A DNA stretch of 64,000 nucleotides from Lama guanicoe (lineage: Eukaryota): contig MU054220.1 of the NCBI GenBank assembly GCA_013239625.1, positions 4,465,374 through 4,529,373 on the forward strand, in the 5' to 3' direction. The position numbers and the translations under genes were made by a program. The notes beneath the pieces were generated by a model. It ran no database searches and was not told the DNA's origin. It saw only the letters and a program-made list of their open reading frames with translations. Below are positions 27,190 to 40,760 of the stretch, in pieces. Within the stretch, counting starts at the first letter, position 1. Every line of letters begins with the position of its first letter.

Positions 27190-28593
27190 GAGAGAGATTT
27201 GAGGCCAGATCTGTAGAGTTGCCAAACCTTCCCAGAGGACTATGCCTCTCTGTAGACAGAGTGGTTTCCGGCTGGCAGGGAAGGGTGCTGACAGCCAGAA
27301 ACATTTTTTCTGGCCCTTTTCCAGCTCGGGAGGAAACAACAAGAGGAAACAGTGAAAGCTCTGTGAGGCTGAAGAGCTGGTCCCTGAGGACTGGTGCCAG
27401 GAAGTGGAGGTGTGGGCAGGAGGTGGTCCTGGCAGGATCTGTGGGTTAGCAAGGCTTGCTGGGGACCAGAGATTCACTGCCCCAGGACTCTCTCCTACCA
27501 CAGAGAGCAGGGAAGGAGAGACTGGAAGGGACTGGGAAGAAGAGAAGGGGAAAAACAGACATTTTTCTGGGCACCTGCTATCTGCCATCGCTGTTCTGGG
27601 TGGTTTACATATATTACCTCACTAATCCACACAGAAAGTTCTTACATAACCTCTGTTATTATTCCATCATCCCACAGGGATGAGGAAATAGAGGTTTAGA
27701 GAGGTAAGGAAAGAGATTCTGTTTGGGGGAGCAATATAGTGGACTAGATCTGCTAACTGACTTTTATGCTGAAAGCAACTAAAAAAGCTGGTTAAAATAA
27801 GAATTTAAAAAAAGTTAATTAACAATCTCGCAAGAAAGTATGGAACGCTCAGAAAACAAAAAATAAGCGAAAACAGACACCTAGAGAGGTGAGCAGGGCA
27901 GGAGGCTGCCTTCCACCTTGAGGGCGTTTGCCAAATCATGTGCACCTTGGCTTTGGTTCTCATGGACGGATAGAGATGAGAAACATTAAGAGTGAACTCC
28001 CAGAGCCCACCCAAGGTGGGGCACGGACGGAAGATCCCAGCCTCACACAAAGCTGGATCTCCAATGGCCTCTCCATCAGGTTAGGGAGAAACTAAAGGCA
28101 AAACCCACCACTTACCATCACCACTAAAATCTAGCAGGAAATCTTAGCACTGAGTTGAGGGGAAAAGGATTTTCCCTGAGATTTCATAATCCCAAACAGG
28201 CTGTCAGTGGTTTTGAAGCCTGAATTCACATTCTCTGGTTAAACTGAAACACCTCAAGCTGAAGTTTTAGATTAAAGCATCCACCCAGAGATTTTTTGGA
28301 ATGAATGCAGAAACAGAAAGAAGCAAATTCCCTCTTCATTTCCTGGATGTTCAAAAGCAAAAAGGTAAACGGAAGAAATAATGCAGACTCTATTAACCAC
28401 AGACTCAAAAATATTAAAAGACTAGCAAAAGCAAAGATTTCACACAAAAGGTATGAAGTGCATCAGTTATGGCTTGCTGGGGGGCTGGGGGACAGCTGAA
28501 TAGCAAGTCAGCCCAGGACTGGCCAATTTCAAAACGTTACAGCAAAAAAAAAAACAAAAAACTTAACATTTAGTTGAGGGCTCATTTTAAAGA

Positions 28594-28808
28594 AGAGCTT
28601 CTCAACCCCAGCACTACTGACATTTGGGGTACCTAATTCTTTGTTGTATGGGCTGGTGCATTGTAAGATATCTAGCAGCATCCTTCGATCTGACCCACTG
28701 GATGCCAATAGCATCAACCCCCACTCCAAATTCTGACAAACAAAAATGTCTCCAGACATTGTCAAGTATCCCCTGAGGTGTAAAGTTGCCCCTCGTTGAG
28801 AACCACTG
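28594..28808. mobile_element. MER20 DNA transposon
   Basis: TTCTCAACCCCAGCACTACTGACATTTGGGG...AAAAATGTCTCCAGACATTGTCAAGTATCCCCTG...GTTGAGAACCACTG. Confidence 0.88.
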
Positions 28809-30498
28809 CTCTAGAATAATAAACCTGGATCCCTTGTATTCAGCACAAGCTACAGATCTGAGAAGCACAGAGTAGAGATGGAGAAGCTTCATTGTGGGTG
28901 GTGGGAAGTGGGGTGAGGCGACTAATATGCAGCGAAAATAGCACAATAGCCTAGTGACAGCAAATCTCAGAAAGAGCTAGCAAAATTACACCCCTTGAAA
29001 GAACTTTCTACAAATAGCTGGGGCATGAAAATCCAACTCATTCCATGACATGTAATTTTAAAAAATTGAGTTAGCATGGAATCAATTCAAAGATCCTTCC
29101 AGAAAAGGGTGGGAAAGGTCATTAAACCTACCAATAAAGAACACTGGCCAGAAAAAATAGTGTTACATGGAAGAGATGAAAAATTTGACCAAATATTGTT
29201 TTATGACTTAACAAATCTTAACCAAACAATTGCCTCCGTGGAGGAAGACCACAAAGCAGACATATAACAACTCAGTGAAGAGATGGCAAGATATCAGGAG
29301 GGGATGAAATGAGACCAGAAGAACTGAGGGCAGAAGTATAAGAAAAAATAATTTCAGAAAAGCGGAAGCAATTGGAAGGAGGACCTAGACACAACACAGT
29401 AGAGATGGAGGATATAAACAAGGGAAGTGAACAGAATGAGACCAGATGTAGAAAGTGTTTTTTCAGACTAGAGAGAAAATGGTAAATATATAAAAAAGAC
29501 AAAAGAGAGCCAACATACACATAATTGGAGTCTCAAGACAAGAAAAACAAAACAATGAAATACAACAAATACTTAAAAATAGAATTGAAGGAAACTTTCT
29601 TGAAATAAAAGATTTGAGTTTACGTAACAAGTACTATGTTTACCAGAGAAAGTCGACCTAGAACAGAAAATTCCAAGGCTCTCTTAATAAAATTATGGGA
29701 CTTTAAAGATAAAGAAAATATCCTTTGAACAGACAGTCCCCAAAATAAATCAGGTCATTCATTAAGGGATAAAATCAGGCTGGTCCCAGCAACTTTTAAT
29801 GCCAGAACAGTGGCACAATACTCATAGGATATTTAAGGAAAAAAGTGTACGCCAAGGATTTTATATGCTGTCAAGCTGTTCCTCAAGTGTAAAAGCTCCA
29901 AACATTTTTAGACACGTAAGAACTCAGGGAGTATTATTCCCATGAACCCATCTTGAGAAAACTACCAGAGAACAAGTTGCAGATCACCAAGGGGGTGACC
30001 AGGGAAGCCACAGCAAAAGGAGGACCATGAGCAAGTATTGAATATATTTAAATGTAGAGCAGAGACAGAAAGAAATGTGGACACCTGAGTGTAAATTCGT
30101 ATATGCTATGAAAGTGTAGAAATGACATAGCTGATAAAAATGGGGGGGGGGCAATGGAAAGAGGATGAGATTAGAGTATGTTCTTTGATGGCCCTGCCTA
30201 TAAGAGCTAGGAGCTAAAGAATATCATTGTAAGCTGAGAAATCAAATAACAGCAGTAAATTGAATACACTGAATACAGTAATATGTAATAATACAGAGAT
30301 GAGCATGTGTAGAGATGATCCAGCATTGCACTGAGGAAAAGGATGGGGAGGTGGAGAAATCTGCCAATTTTTCTTTGTTCATCCTGGGACACTGAGAGAT
30401 ACTCTAATCAAGTAGAGAACTAAGTGTTCTGTATAATGCTATAATTATGAAGGTAAACACTAGAGAGAAAGAAGAAGCCTTCCTAAGGAAGAATTTCA

Positions 30499-31070
30499 AT
30501 TGCTCTGGCTGGAACTCCCAGTGCAATGTTGAATGGCAGCGACAAAAGCGGGCATCCTTGTCTTGTCCCTCATCTTAGGGGAAACATGAGTCACACCATC
30601 ACAGGAGCTGTGGGCTTTTCATAAATGTCCTTTATCATGGTGAGGAAGTTCTTTTTCATTCCTAGTTGCTGAGTGTTTTTGTCATGAAAAAGTGTTAGAT
30701 TTGTGGAACCACTTTGTATTCCTGGGATAAATCTCATTTGGTCACGGTGTATAATCCTTTTAATAGGCCATTGGATTCAGTTTGCTGGCATTTTGTTGAG
30801 GATTTTTGCATATATATTCTTAAGAGACATTGGTCTATAGTTTTCTTCTCTTGTGGTGTCTTTGGCTTTGGTATTGGGGTAACACTGGCCTCACTGAATG
30901 AGTTAAGTTGTGTTCCCTCCTTTTCTAATTTTTGGAGATTCTGAGTATTAGTGTTAATTCCTCTTTAAATGTTTGGTAGAACTCACCAGTGAAGTCATCT
31001 GGCCCAAGACTTTTCTTTATTGGGAGGTTTTTGATTACTGATTCAATCTCTTTACTAGTTATAGGTCTGT
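30499..31070 (-). mobile_element. L1 ORF2 (RT region) fragment, inverted relative to the host L1
   Basis: GGGCATCCTTGTCTTGTCCCT, ATTTTGTTGAGGATTTTTGCAT, GGTAGAACTCACCAGTGAAGTCATCTGG. Confidence 0.85.
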
Positions 31071-31559
31071 ATTTAACTAATTTTTAAAGTATATATAGTT
31101 TTTAGATTAAATCTCAAACTAAAATAAAAACCAACTCTTCACTGTATGCAAGAGATATACCTAATACAAAGAGGTGGAAACCAAAAGACAAACACATACC
31201 AGTCAAATAAATAATAATGATGATGATTAGCAGAAGTCATTATTCTGTAATCAAGCCAAGCGTAATTCAGGCCAAAGGATTAAATGAAATAAAAAGGAGT
31301 TGTGTTATGTGTAAGGGTGACACTTAAATGCAGCTATAACTATTATGAATATCTGTGCAGCAGATAACCCAGCAGCTACATTCACCAGGACTAATTATAG
31401 AGCACAGGAGAAGTAGGAGACTGGAGTTCATCTCTGTTGGTGGGTCTCAGGGGCAGATAAGCAAGGACAGTGCGTAAAGTAAGGCAGGTCTGCTGAACAC
31501 CAGACACTCACACCACAGTACCTGAAAGAAGAAACGACTTTATCTTTCTCTCCTGTGAC

Positions 31560-33450
31560 CATCCAGGACAGTAGCCAGCTCTGCTCACTCAAGAGTTCAG
31601 GGACCCAAATTCCTTCCAAGTTGTGGTTCTACCATCCCCTGAGACTGCAGCGACATCTGCTTAGTAGAATCCAAGTTACCGCCATATCCAGGTTGCTCCT
31701 GGCAGGAGGGACAAGCGATGGTGGAGCTGGCATGCCCCGAATCTCAGGCCTGGGTCCATGAGTGGCATACATTACCTGCACTCACATTTATTTGAGAAAA
31801 TTTGTTACTGGACAAACCTAAATCCAAGGAGTGGGGTGAGCTGGTAGTGGTCCAGCTTCATGCCTAGGAAAATGGAGAGAAGAGATGTCAGGGGATCACT
31901 ATCAGCCTGTACCAAAGTATATCCCTCTGTGTGCTCACTCCCCCGTGAGTAGGGACACACTCAATCCTTCTCCGTGGGGGATGCACCAAAGTCCATCCAG
32001 TTACTGTGCTGGTGATCTCTTAGCGATATGCAGACCTCTCTGCTAGATTCAGAGGTGGTTCCTTGTGGTCTGAGGAACTGTGAGCTAAAAGACAATTCTT
32101 TTGTCCCACCCACCTGACTAGTAGGTAATAATGAAACAGAGAAAGTAAGACCACAATAAAGACCCCGGCTCAGAAGACAGAGCATGGGCAACGCACAGTA
32201 GTCCCAGGGCAGGAATTGTGAAGACCCCTGCCCTGCCAGTGACTGCTCTGTCTCTCTGGTTTAGCCCTCTAGAACGTTCTTCCTTGTCTTCTGCCCTCAT
32301 CTCAGTGGGTGTCAGAAAATATGTCTTCCCTGAGGGCTGTTTTGGGGCCCAAACAATTATGGGCTTTTATGTTCTCTTTGGAAAAACAATTCCCTGGAAA
32401 ACTTATTAGAGATCAAAGTCTATTTGCTTCCAGTCATTTCATAAGCCAGTAACCACACTTGATGCTCCTTTCTCACATAATTCTCAGTTGGCTTCATTTC
32501 TTTGCTTCCCTGCTCCAGCCACACCTCTTCCCTCACATTAATGGCAGCTATTTGGAGTCCTACTGAAATAAGAGGCTTTCCTGAGAAGCCGCGCCCTTAG
32601 TCTGATCCTTGCCTTGGGGCTGGATGCCTTGAACAAACATTTTGCTTAACAGTCTGAGAAAGGCTCTGAGTTGTAACTGTCAGATGTCCTGTTGTTTGGG
32701 AGACAGAAGTAGATGGCTTTTCAACCATGTGAAGCCCCTACATTTCTAGACACTATTCCCTTTCATCTTTGCTTGAAATCTGGTCGTAGGTGTGGAGGTC
32801 ATCTCTTTTCTTTGAATATCTTCCTAAAAGTAAAAAGGAGCAGCCAATATTCATAACTTTTCAGCTCTTCCCAACTTCTTCAGTTATAGCCTTGAAGTTA
32901 CAAAATCTGCCTTTCAGACCATTGCGGGAAACGGTTTCACCTATTATTTGACAAAGAGGCCCCAGGTTTCCAGCCTGAAACACTACAACATCTGTGTTCC
33001 TGCCGCCCGCTCCCTGCCTGCTAGGTTCAGTTACAGGAGCACCTTATCGGTGCCAATTTTGATATTCATTAGGGTAAGGATTGTTGACTCTGTGTGTGTG
33101 TGTATGTGTGTGTGTGAAAGAGAGAGAGAGAAAGAGGTAAGCATTCCAGGCTGACAGGTTGCTTCCAAGTACCTAGTCCACCATATCTAAGGCTATGTCT
33201 TCATCAGAAGCTGAGCCACCACCATACCTAGGTTTCAACCAGCAAGTAGAAGGTAGGATATGTGTGAGAGGTGTATCTACAGTCATAAGACCTAGGTGTA
33301 GAAATGGCACACGCTTCTACCTACATTCGTTGGACAGAACTCAGTCTCATGGGCATACCTGTCTATAAGGAGGTTTGGTAAATGCAGTCTAATCCTGTCT
33401 CCAGGTAGAATATGGGAACAGATTACAGTGAATACCTATTAGTCTGTATC
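31560..33450 (-). mobile_element. Decayed MaLR provirus (LTR-internal-LTR)
   Basis: Two MLT1-like LTR segments (about 31560-31915 and 33060-33450) flank about 1.1 kb of internal sequence; junction GGTGCCAATTTTGAT resembles the antisense MaLR internal 5' end. Confidence 0.5.
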
Positions 33451-33807
33451 ACGGACACAGAAGATATTAACATTATAATTTATTGGGCAAAAGTGACATA
33501 CAAAAATAGTAAACACACCGTACTTTCATGTGACTGTGGAGCTTTCACAAGGTCACAGAGAAAAATCTCAGCAACTTCCCAAAAAGAGAAATACTATAGA
33601 AAACATCCGGCCACAGTGAAATTAAAGAAAAAGAAACTAATAACTAAATCTGAAAAAATACACATTTCTCTGCTTGGAACAATATTTTAAACTGGTATTT
33701 AAGCAACTCAAGTCAAAAAGGAAATACAAACTAAAACTGCAGTATTTCCATAAAAGTGAAAATGAAATATGGTTACAGGAGTAGTTGCAGGAGAATTCAT
33801 AGCTTTT

Positions 33808-33946
33808 GGCAGGAAGGGTATAGCTCAGTGGTAGGGTGTATGCTTAGCATGCACAAGGTCCTGGGTTCAAGCCCCAGTACCTCCGTTAAAAAAAACACTA
33901 AATGAATAAACAAATCAAATTACCCTCTCACCCAAAAAAACCCCAA
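33808..33946 (+). mobile_element. tRNA-Ala-derived SINE (camelid vic-1 type)
   Basis: Head GGGTATAGCTCAGTGGTAGGGTGTATGCTTAGCATGCACAAGGTCCTGGGTTCAAGCCCCAGTACCTCC with A and B boxes, A-rich tail, and imperfect TSD AATTCATAGCTTT (33794-33806) / AATTTATAGCCTT (33947-33959). Confidence 0.85.
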
Positions 33947-34759
33947 AATTTATAGCCTTAAATATCTATATCTGAAAAAAAGAGTGGAAAAAATTAACTT
34001 CCAACTCGAAAAATTAGACAGTAAATTGAAAAATGAGGAAAGGAAGAACTATTCGAGATAAAAGCAGACATTAATAAAAGTTATAATAGAAAATATTATG
34101 TAACTAATATATAAACTCCAAAGCTGGTTCTTTGAGGGGGAAAAACCTAAAAGCAAAAGGCAGGTGAATGCAAATACACACAACCTGAAATGATGAGGGG
34201 GAATTCCACAGACATGGGAGAGATGAAGAGACTTACATGAGAATAATCTGTTCCACATAATGCAAATGAACCTGAAAACACAGATGAAGTGGATCATTTC
34301 CTAAGTAAAGATAATATATCAAAATTGATCCGAAAGACAGAAAAATACATAAACAGGTAATTTCTATCAAGGAAATAGAGAACTATGTCAAGAGTTATCA
34401 TTTTCAGGTAGCCCCCCAAAAGAGAAAATTGCAGCCCAGTATCATTTGTGAAAAACAATGCAAAATACCTAAATACACTATCTAACAGAATCAAGTTGCA
34501 TATTAAAAGAGCAATACATAACATTGACATAGGAAAACTCTCCTGGATTTTAAAGATGATTTAATATTAGCAAATCTATTAGTATAATTTATTTTATTCA
34601 TTCATCTAGAGAGGAAAAAAATAATGGTCATCTCCATAGATGCCAAAAAGACATTCAACATTCCCCTCCGTTCTTCCTAAAAGCATTCAGTAAAATACGG
34701 ATCACTGGATATTTGCTTTGAAGTATCCTTTTGGGTCTTTGGGATTTGTTACACAGGAC

Positions 34760-35350
34760 CAGAGCTGTATTTAGTCTAGTATTTTATCCCTACTACTGAG
34801 GCAAGCCCCTTCTGAGTACTCTTCCTAATGCCCTGTGAATTATGAGGTTTTCCAGTCTGGCTAATGGGAAGAGGTGTTAATCTCAGCCTTGTGTGAGCAC
34901 CAGGTAGGGTATCTTCTAATCCTTTTTGGGTGTTTCTTTCCCCAGCCTCACATGCACTCCCTGACCAGTGCTCTGCTGAAACCTGGAGGGAGACCCTCTG
35001 CAGATGTCTGGAACTAGTTCTTTCCACAGCTGTTTCCTCTCCAGCACTCTGCCTTGCAAACTCCAGCGGCCTGGGTCTGCCGGGGCACTCAGCTTCCTCT
35101 TCTCAATTCAGGGAGTCTGCCAGGCTCCACCTGGGTCCTCCTTCCTGAGCTGCAGTCCTGAAACCCTTTCAAGACAATAATCCAGAGCTCACATGATTTA
35201 TTTCCTATCTCAAGAATCACCGTCCTTAATTGTCTGATGTCCAGTGACTTGAAAATTGTTGTTTCATATATATTTTGTCTGATTTTTTTTTTTGGCTATT
35301 TCAGACAGGAAAGTAAATCCAGTATCTGTTGCTCCATCTTCGTTGAGAGT
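34760..35350 (-). mobile_element. L1M 5' UTR fragment
   Basis: GAGACCCTCTGCAGATGTCTGGA, TTGTTTCATATATATTTTGTC and terminal CTGTTGCTCCATCTT, typical of antisense L1MC/MD 5' ends. Confidence 0.65.
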
Positions 35351-36027
35351 CTTCCAAAGCTTTTGGTTCTGCTAAGAAGAAAGAGGAGTGGAGGCAGCAT
35401 CCTCTATGTAATTTGAGCATTGTCTGCGTAATATGAAATACACAAAAAGATCCTACACCCCCATTTCCAAGTCTCCAGTTCTCTCTTCCCAACTGAGGAG
35501 AAACATATAGCAGATCCAGCCAAGAGAAACTAAGGCTCCCCTGTAGTACTTGCAATTTAGCCTTTGTCCTCTGGCCTCATGGGGACATGGGATCATTTTA
35601 CCCAGGCTACTGAGCCCAGCTCGTTCAGGTTTTCAATTATCTGAAGACTGCTTAGACAGCCAGTTAACTGACTGAGGCATCTACTTCCCTATCTCTGCAA
35701 GAGGGCTGACTAAGCAGCATTATCCAACCTCGGAGACTATCATTCCAAAGATATTCTATGCCTATACAATCATTTAGTTTCCCTAATAAGCACACTGCTC
35801 TTTAATTTGCTTTCTTTCACATAAAAATGTACCTTAAGGACTTTTCCATATCAGTACATAACTTGATCTTTATTTTTTACTGCTGCATACTATTCCATTC
35901 TTAACAGATGCATCACAATTTATTTAACTCTATTGCTGATAGTTTCCAGCCTTTACTGATGCAAAATATGCTGCAATGAATTACTTTGTAAATACGGCAA
36001 GAACTTTAAAAAACAGAGAAGACTTAT

Positions 36028-36375
36028 ATGGTAGGAAGGCTCCAAGATGGGATGGTTCCCAATGATCCTCTTCTGCTGGGATTCATGCCCTTGTACAGTT
36101 TTCTCCCATACTGGATCAAATGGATCACTCACTCTGGTGAAAGCCAGCCACCATGTCATAAGGACACTCAAGCAGCCCTCTAGAAAGGACCACATAAAGA
36201 GGAACTGAGGCTTCCAGGCAACAGCAAGCCTTCATATGGCCACAGCCCCAGCTAATGTCAGACTGCGACCTCATAAGTGACTCCAAGTCAAAACCACCTC
36301 AGCCAAGTTTCTCCCAAACACTGACCAGAGAACTCATGGGAGATAATAAATGCTTATTGTTGTTTTATGACACCA
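36028..36375 (+). mobile_element. MLT1F/G-like LTR
   Basis: AAGCCAGCCACCATGT...CACATAAAGAGGAACTGAGGC...GAGATAATAAATGCTTATTGTTGTTTTA. Confidence 0.7.
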
Positions 36376-36957
36376 AGAGCTCCCAGGTGAAACCTCTTTG
36401 TTTGCCAGCCCCATTCCTCATGATGGGAAGCTGATGTGATGCTGGTGCTGTGGCAGCCATCTTGTAACCATGAGGTGAGGGCGGGGGAGCAGGGAAGAGA
36501 CATTGTCAAGGATGACAGAGAACATGGTCAGACATGGTCAGAATCTGGGTCCTTTTTTTTTTCTAAGCCTTACTCATCTTTACTGCCAAGCCCCTGGCAG
36601 ACACCTGGCTTTTTATCCCTGGAAATGGAGAGAGTGGCTTAGCTCCTGGTGGTTTTCTGATTCTCAAATCCAGCCTTTCACTGAGCTGGGTCTGGTTGTA
36701 TTCCCTGTCTATGATATCCTTTTTGAATCTGGGTCCTTGATGGCATCACTGAGCCACTCAACCCTTCTCAGATGTCTTCTTTATAAACAGTAACTAATGT
36801 CTTTGTGATATGAGCCATGCCTACTCTGTGCTACATTTTTGAAGCCAGATGCAACCTAGATGACTCAAAGACAGAGTCAGAATTTAAACCCCAACCTTTA
36901 CCCTAACTCAAATTGAGAGCTTCTTCCTCATCCTGAACTGTTTTATAAATATGCCCC

Positions 36958-36996
36958 TGTGTGTGTGTGAGTGAGAGAGAGTGTGTGTGTGTGTGT
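36958..36996 (+). repeat. (TG)n/(GA)n compound microsatellite
   Basis: Direct read. Confidence 0.85.
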
Positions 36997-37989
36997 CCCC
37001 ATCAGGCTTCTTTAAGGCCAGGGGTCTTGCCCCCCACAGTACTTAGGGTAGGGCTCAGCAAGTTCTGGTACCACACATGGGCTACTCACTGATGGTCCAA
37101 AGCAGCTTCAGTGTGCCCAGCAGCTCCCTATGGGATTACATTCTACAGCAGACCAAGGAACAGCTGACCAATAAACCTTAGAACACATATAACAGCCAAT
37201 CAAATGGGTTCTATGGGCCATGGATTTGGGAGTAATAGGCTCATGGAGTCTGGTCACTCCTGGAATATCTCACACATTCAGAGCAATGGGGGCAGGGGAT
37301 AGCTCAGTCAGACTTCTCTGCACAAGATCAGAGGGAAGGTCAGAATTTTCCTAAAGGCCAACCAACTGGTCCAGGACAGCTCCTGGTAGGGGCAGGAGCA
37401 GGGCCGTGGGGCAATGGCACATTGGCTAGGTCCCAGCCTGCAGTTGGTTGGCTCTCAGGCTGTTATTTTGGGTTTGGCATGGATTGGATTATTCAGCACA
37501 GCATAGCCCAGCCCAGAGTTTCTAAGACTCTCCCCAAGGCTGGGAGAGAGGAGTGGGGTGGAGGCACTGTTGTCTTGGAGAAGACTCTGCCTTGTCCCTC
37601 TGTGCTTTCATCTCATCTGTACAGAATAGGGTTGAAGGTCTGATCTCTGCACACACTGCCTGCCTGCATGTCCCCCAGGGCGAGGATTCTAAGGCTCCAG
37701 CGCTCTAAGGGGCTTCGGGTCTTTTATAAACTTTAACAATTAAATCTGGGAGGGCTCTCATGGATTTGCTGAAGGCCATAGGGCCAGGAGCAGAGCTGGG
37801 GCTAGTGTCTGGCGTGCCCAGGTCCTGACCACCCCCACCTTTGACCTCTGAGCACATCTCAGGTAGAAGTCTGATGTCTCTACCCCGGTGGGGAGGATGG
37901 GACATTTTCCTGTTGTGGGAAAACCTGCTCTGGGTCAGGTTAGTGGAGAGTGCCCTGTTGCTCTGCTGTGGACTGAGGGAAAGGCTGCT

Positions 37990-40030
37990 GTATTCGCTGG
38001 GTTAATACAGAGATGCAGCAGGAAGGCAGTGGCTTAAGGAAGATGGGAGTTCATTTCTCTTTCAGCGAATGGCCCATCTAGAGTTCACATCCCACCTGCA
38101 CAGGCAGCTCAGTGTTCTGAGATCCCCAGTACTGCCCTCACATTTGGTCAAAGGCAGGCCCACATTTGTCTTCAGGGAAGAACATGAGGGATGACATGGC
38201 CCAGTCTTAAGGCCCAGGCCCAGCGTGACACCCATCGCTCGCTTGCTCGTTCCAGAGAACTTAGAACACAGCCTTAATCATGGTGCAGGAGGGAAAATGC
38301 AGCCTGGTCCTGTGCCAAGGAAGATGCAGAAAGCGGATATCACTGGGCTATTAGCGGTCTCCACTGCAGACTGCCCGACTGGCATCCAGAGATCCCTGTG
38401 CTCCTCCTTCCCACAACAGGGCACCTTCACACCCTCTCCAAGGAAGTCGATCCCAGACTTCACCTGGTTACACTTCCAGATCAAAGTGCAGGATACCTGG
38501 GGGAAAGGAAATCCTCTCCAGAGCCACATATGGCTCCTCACGGTTCAGTGACGTAAACTGCAGGACAATTCATATGTGGCCCCCAACATCAGCTGCACCC
38601 CCAACCCAAATCAGTGGTGGACAGGGATCGGAAAACCACAGTATAAACTCCCATGTGAAAAACGGAAGAAGGGAAAAACTCAGAAGTTGCTGGTGCAGAG
38701 GGAGGCACATTCTGCTCGCATGAACCTTGAGGACGTGCTCTGGCAGAGAAGGCTAATCTGGCCAACCTGGTTCTGGAAGATTTTCTTTTCCCCATCATCC
38801 TCTGTGGCTACATCTGAAGCAGGTGTGAAATAATCTGGCTTCCTTCGAGGTTTCCTGGGGCTCAAACAATCCTAATCACTGACCAGTTCCTACTTGCCTT
38901 GGCAATGCCCTCAATAAGCTTCTGGTCGAGGTGCTTCTAGCTAGTTCTAGGGGCCAAGAATCACACCCAAAGATGTTTTCTCATCATAGTTATGAAGCCT
39001 GTTTGGTTTCACTGTTTCCTGCTCTGGCCCAGCCCTCTCACTTTAATTTGGGCTATGTTGGGTAGCCCATGGAGGGAAGGAGAGGGAAACGTGGATTCTC
39101 CAAAAATGAGTTGGAGTGGGCAAATGATACCCTGGGTCTAACCTTGCTCCAGGGCTGGATCCTGTGCTGGGCTTGCTGCAAAGTCCTTCAAGAAAGGCTC
39201 TGAGCCTCCACAGCTGATCTCCTTCCATGTGAGTGGAAGACGGGTGGCTCTCATCTCTGTAGGCCCCACGTTTCTAGGAATTCCCTATTCCTTCCCATCA
39301 CTCCTGTTTTTCCTGTAATAATTTGCTAAAAGCCACAGAGAGCAGCCAATGTACACAAACATTCCAGCTCTTTCTTTCCAACCACTTCTCCTAGAGCTAA
39401 GGGCTTGGTCAATACATGATCAGCCTTCCAAAGTGTCATAAAAATGGTTTTACTAAATGCTTTTCCACAGTATAACAAGGGTCTCTAACTTTCTAGCCTT
39501 CAATATTTATACCCTCCTCCCAAGCAGCAAAATCGCTAATTCAATGCCTTATGTCGCAGAGGTTTTGTTAGGACAGCCCCCCAGTGCCAGCACGAATTTT
39601 TGTTTATTTAGGATAAGGGAAGCCTGCTATAATAAAGAAACCCAGTAATGATTCAGTGGCTTGAAGAAGATAACAGACCACAATGATCATTGCAGACCGG
39701 CAGGCTGCTTGGTTCCACAAGGTCATTCAGGGGCCTGGGGTCCTCCCATCTTATTTCTCTGCCATCCCTGAGGCCATCAGCCTTGTTGGCTCAATCACTG
39801 GGTTGCAAGAACAGCCATGTTCCCACTTGTGGGAAGGGGACAGAGAGCATGGCGGACACATTAAGGCCGAGGCCTGGGAGAAACATGCTTCTCTTCCCAA
39901 TATATGCCACTGGCAAAAACTGACCACACTGACAGACCTAAGTGCAAGAGCATCTGGGACACAGAGTCTGGCTGTGTGCCCTGGAGGAAGGGGAAAATCA
40001 ATGCTGGTGGACAATTTGCAGTCTCCACTG
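37990..40030 (-). mobile_element. Second decayed MaLR provirus (LTR-internal-LTR)
   Basis: MLT1-like LTRs at about 37990-38370 and 39600-40030 with similar ends (CGGTCTCCACTGCA / CAGTCTCCACTGTG) around about 1.2 kb of internal sequence. Confidence 0.5.
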
Positions 40031-40339
40031 TGGGCCTGGGAGCTGAATGGGCAGGTGGCTGCTACGTGAGTCACATGGCCCTGAGGATAGGCTGAGAGGA
40101 CTGTCCCCATAGGAGCCCATCACCCTCTTTCTCTGTATATACACGCAGGCCGCAGCATGCTGTACCCTATCCAGAAACTCAGGGCCAGCAGACCCTCACA
40201 ACACATATTTGTTTGGTAAACTTTGCCATGTCTCCTACAGTTTGCTCTAAAATAATGCCAGCCATCCTCTCCTGTGCCAGCGGGGGCCTGAGGAAGATGC
40301 AGGGCAGCGCCATGAAGCTGCCAGGAGAGGGAAGGCAGT

Positions 40340-40760
40340 GCTAGCCCGGGTTCTCTGAGAAGCAGACGCCAAGATGGGATTAAGTGTGCAGGGATTTCAT
40401 AAGGACGTGGGTCTGTGTGAAAGGAAATAGAGAGGGAGCCAGAGAAGGCTGGGGAAGCCAGCCAGCAGGCTGTGAGTCAAGAGGGATCCTGAGAGAAAGA
40501 GAGAGGGAAGGAAGGGGTCCGTGGACATCCCTGCAGTCTAAGAAAGTTTCTGCAGAGCCATCGGGAAATCCTCAAGCCGAAGCACACCAACAAGAAAGCC
40601 TTGTGTCTCCTAAGAACAGTTCTGCCTTAGAATCCCAGCCTTGTACACAGTTAGTGGGGAGAAGCCTGGGCAGGGTGGGAGGCACAGCCTGAGCCAAGGA
40701 AGGGGATGGATTGCAAAGCCAGAGCTGCACTGGCCTGGTCAGTTACACCCCCTACAACCG
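40340..40760 (-). mobile_element. ERVL LTR (LTR16/LTR33-like)
   Basis: GGGTTCTCTGAGAAGCAGACGCCAAGATGGGATTAAGTGTGCAGGGATTT. Confidence 0.55.

Larger units (their letters stand above)
27720..34710 (+). mobile_element. Ancient fragmented L1M/HAL1-like element (5' region, ORF1, EN and RT remnants) with multiple nested insertions
   Basis: A-rich decayed ORF1-like sequence at about 29200-29990 (CCAACATACACATAATTGGAGTCTCAAGA; GCCAAGGATTTTATATGC), EN-like sequence at about 31100-31390, RT-like sequence at about 33450-34710 (TGGTCATCTCCATAGATGCCAAAAAGACATTCAACA). Confidence 0.55.

Noticed and set aside
33814..33886. tRNA-Ala(AGC) gene-like sequence (also 55762-55834)
   Set aside because: Has A-rich tails and TSDs, mutated stems or anticodon, and no oligo-T terminator: SINE heads, not tRNA genes.
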